From Brevibacterium luteolum (GTDB lineage: Bacteria > Actinomycetota > Actinomycetes > Actinomycetales > Brevibacteriaceae): DNA of 64,000 bases. Shown here one piece after another: positions 61,775-64,000 of the stretch. The position numbers were made by a program, and so were the translations under genes. The notes beneath the pieces are model-generated. The model worked only from the letters and a program-made list of their open reading frames with translations, was not told the DNA's origin and made no database searches. The stretch lies in the NCBI RefSeq assembly GCF_013004595.1, contig NZ_JABEMC010000001.1, positions 496,001 through 560,000 on the forward strand, given 5' to 3'. The stretch's first letter is position 1. Every line of letters begins with the position of its first letter.

Positions 61775-63901
61775 ATGACTCAAGGCAGCGCACGGATCCG
61801 CATCGGGATCGATACCGGCGGCACATTCACCGACGTCGTCGCGTTCAACGAGGACACCGGCACGCTGACGACGACGAAGACCCCGTCGACCCCAGCCAAC
61901 CCCGCTGACGGGTTCATCAACGGCATCGAGAAGGTCCTCGCCGAACTCGGCGCCACCGGCAGCGACGTCGCCGCTGTCTCCCACGGCACGACGGTGGCGA
62001 CGAACCAGCTGCTGGAGGGCAAGCTGGAGACGATGGGCTTCATCACCACCGAAGGCTATGAGTTCGTCCTCGAGATCGCCCGTCAGGCCGTGCCCGACGG
62101 CTACGGAAACTCCTACTTCTGGGTCAAGCCCGAACGCATCGTCACCGCCGACCGTGTCAAGACCGTCGGCGGCCGTCTCGACTTCGAAGGCACCGAGGTC
62201 CGCCCGTTCGACGAGGACGGCGCCAGGGCTGTCGCCGCTTGGTTCCGCGACGCCGGCATCAACGTCCTGGGCGTCAACTTCCTGCACGCCTACGCCAACC
62301 CGGCCCACGAGCAGCGGATGCGTGAGATCCTCACCGAAGTCCACCCCGAGGCGATCGTGTCGCTGAGCTCCGAGGTGCTGCGGGAGTACCGCGAATACGA
62401 GCGCTCGATGACCACCCTCGTCGATGCCTCTGTCAAGCCGAAGGTCTCCCGCTACGTCGCCAACATCCATGAGCGCCTCGATCAGTTCACCGGCGCCGAG
62501 CACGGCGACCGTGAGCCGATCCCGTTCTACATCATGAAGTCCAACGGCGGTGTGCTCTCCGCCGACGAGGTCGTCCACCAGCCGATCACCACCGTGCTGT
62601 CCGGGCCGGCGGCAGGCGCCCTCGGCGCCGGCCTCATCGCCCAGGAAGCCGGGTTCTCCAAAGTCCTCACCTGTGACGGCGGCGGCACCTCCACCGACGT
62701 CACCGTCATCATCGACGGCGAACCGGCGCTCACAACCGAGGGGTCGGTGGGTGTCTACCCGTCGAAGATCCCAATGATCGACGTTGTCACCGTCGGTGCC
62801 GGCGGCGGTTCGATCGCCTGGACGACCGAAGAGGGTCAGCTCAAGGTCGGCCCGCAGTCGGCTGGCGCCGATCCGGGACCGATCTGCTACGGCCAGGGCG
62901 GCACCGAACCCACGATCACGGACGCCCACCTGCTGCTCGGTCGCATTCCGCCCCACCTCCTCGGCGGCGAGATCCCACTCGACGTCGAGGCCGCCCGCAC
63001 CGGCATCGAAGAACTCGCCGGTCGCCTCGGGCTCAGCGTTGAGAAGTGCGCGACCGGCATCCTGGAGATCTCCGCCTGGAACCAGGCGAATGCGCTGCGT
63101 CAGATCTCCGTCAAGCGCGGCCTCGACGTCCGTGACTTCATGCTCGCCTCCTTCGGCGGCTCCGGTTCGCTGCTGGCCTGCCGGCTCGTCGACCTCCTCG
63201 ACCTCGCAGGCGTCATCGTCCCGCTCAACCCCGGCAACGTCTCTGCGTTCGGGCTGCTGACCGTCGACGTCAAGAACGACTACGTGCAGACGCATGTCGC
63301 CAAGGACGAAGGACTCGACCTCGGCACCATCGACAGCATCTTCACCGCTCTGCAGGATCGTGCGGCAGCTGCACTCGACGCCGAAGGATTCGCCGCCGCC
63401 GACCACCGCTACGACCGGTCGGCTGACCTGCGCTACTTCGGGCAGGCCTTCGAAGTCCGCGTGCCGGCACCGGCCGGGGAGATCACCCGTGAGTGGGCCG
63501 ATGAGGTCACCGACGCCTTCCACACTGAGCACCGCCGCCTCTACGGCTACGACTTCAAGGGCGATGGCGACCAGTTCGTCGAATGGGTCAACCTGCGCGT
63601 CTCCGGCATCGGCCCGATCCAGCGGCCAGAGCTCGCCAAGCTTGGGGAGGCCTCTGCCGCCCAGCCGCTTAACGACAGGGCGCTGGCCAGCCAGCGTCAG
63701 GTGTGCTTCGACGCAGACGACGGCTACGTCACCGCCGACGTCTACTGGCGGCCCGAGCTGCTTTCCGGAGATGTCATCTCGGGTCCGGCGATCATCGAGG
63801 AGTTCGGTTCGACCGTGCCCGTGCATCCCGGCTTCACCGTCCGCGTCGATGACGCCGGCAACCTCGTCATCACCCGCAGCTCATCCGCCGACCAGTCCTG
63901 A
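61775..63901 (+). CDS. Hydantoinase/oxoprolinase subunit A
   Basis: IGIDTGGTFTD, HGTTVATN, SGPAAG, DGGGTSTD, GAGGGSI, GPQSAGADPGP. Confidence 0.93.
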   Translation: MTQGSARIRIGIDTGGTFTDVVAFNEDTGTLTTTKTPSTPANPADGFINGIEKVLAELGATGSDVAAVSHGTTVATNQLLEGKLETMGFITTEGYEFVLEIARQAVPDGYGNSYFWVKPERIVTADRVKTVGGRLDFEGTEVRPFDEDGARAVAAWFRDAGINVLGVNFLHAYANPAHEQRMREILTEVHPEAIVSLSSEVLREYREYERSMTTLVDASVKPKVSRYVANIHERLDQFTGAEHGDREPIPFYIMKSNGGVLSADEVVHQPITTVLSGPAAGALGAGLIAQEAGFSKVLTCDGGGTSTDVTVIIDGEPALTTEGSVGVYPSKIPMIDVVTVGAGGGSIAWTTEEGQLKVGPQSAGADPGPICYGQGGTEPTITDAHLLLGRIPPHLLGGEIPLDVEAARTGIEELAGRLGLSVEKCATGILEISAWNQANALRQISVKRGLDVRDFMLASFGGSGSLLACRLVDLLDLAGVIVPLNPGNVSAFGLLTVDVKNDYVQTHVAKDEGLDLGTIDSIFTALQDRAAAALDAEGFAAADHRYDRSADLRYFGQAFEVRVPAPAGEITREWADEVTDAFHTEHRRLYGYDFKGDGDQFVEWVNLRVSGIGPIQRPELAKLGEASAAQPLNDRALASQRQVCFDADDGYVTADVYWRPELLSGDVISGPAIIEEFGSTVPVHPGFTVRVDDAGNLVITRSSSADQS

Positions 63902-63931
63902 GCCCGCGCCGAAACCAGAAGGAGACCAGAT

Positions 63932-64000
63932 ATGACGACAACCCCCACTGATTCCGGCTCGATGCTCTCGACCACTCCGCTGACCGGTGAGCAGCTCGAG
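63932..64000 (+). CDS. Start of the next gene (probably hydantoinase B), truncated by the window end
   Basis: AAGGAG RBS then ATG 63932, open to the end; product inferred only from usual operon order. Confidence 0.5.
   Translation, partial: MTTTPTDSGSMLSTTPLTGEQLE

Overview
High-GC actinobacterial chromosomal segment, probably Micrococcales and Brevibacterium-like (inferred from gene content, synteny and codon style). The housekeeping backbone is ybbN-like thioredoxin, iscS-mnmA, a MetE-like gene, ligA, gatCAB, def, cysK-cysE, ilvD, ilvBNC with a leader-peptide attenuator, serA, leuB, ilvE, lplA, thyX, hrpB and the start of a hydantoinase/oxoprolinase operon. Accessory genes are interspersed. 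No rRNA, tRNA, CRISPR array, integrase or transposase was recognised. Notable non-annotated structure: (1) a strongly over-represented short motif, core CCACCGCCTCGGG, occurring as near-perfect palindromes, 18-24 nt tandem arrays and in-frame inserts within proteins; (2) a ~1.6 kb low-GC islet encoding a secreted acidic-pro/cationic-mature protein plus a small membrane protein, a candidate toxin/bacteriocin-immunity pair; (3) two similarly built membrane proteins with internal lipoboxes flanking ybbN; (4) a DUF222-HNH gene under a PafBC/RecA-NDp-type promoter; (5) SigH/SigR-type promoters before cysK (followed by a long structured leader) and before an LLM monooxygenase; (6) a multiply deleted codA relic, a MetE-like protein lacking Zn ligands, and a composite repeat region between ilvE and an MFS gene. 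All calls are by eye; no database searches were run.
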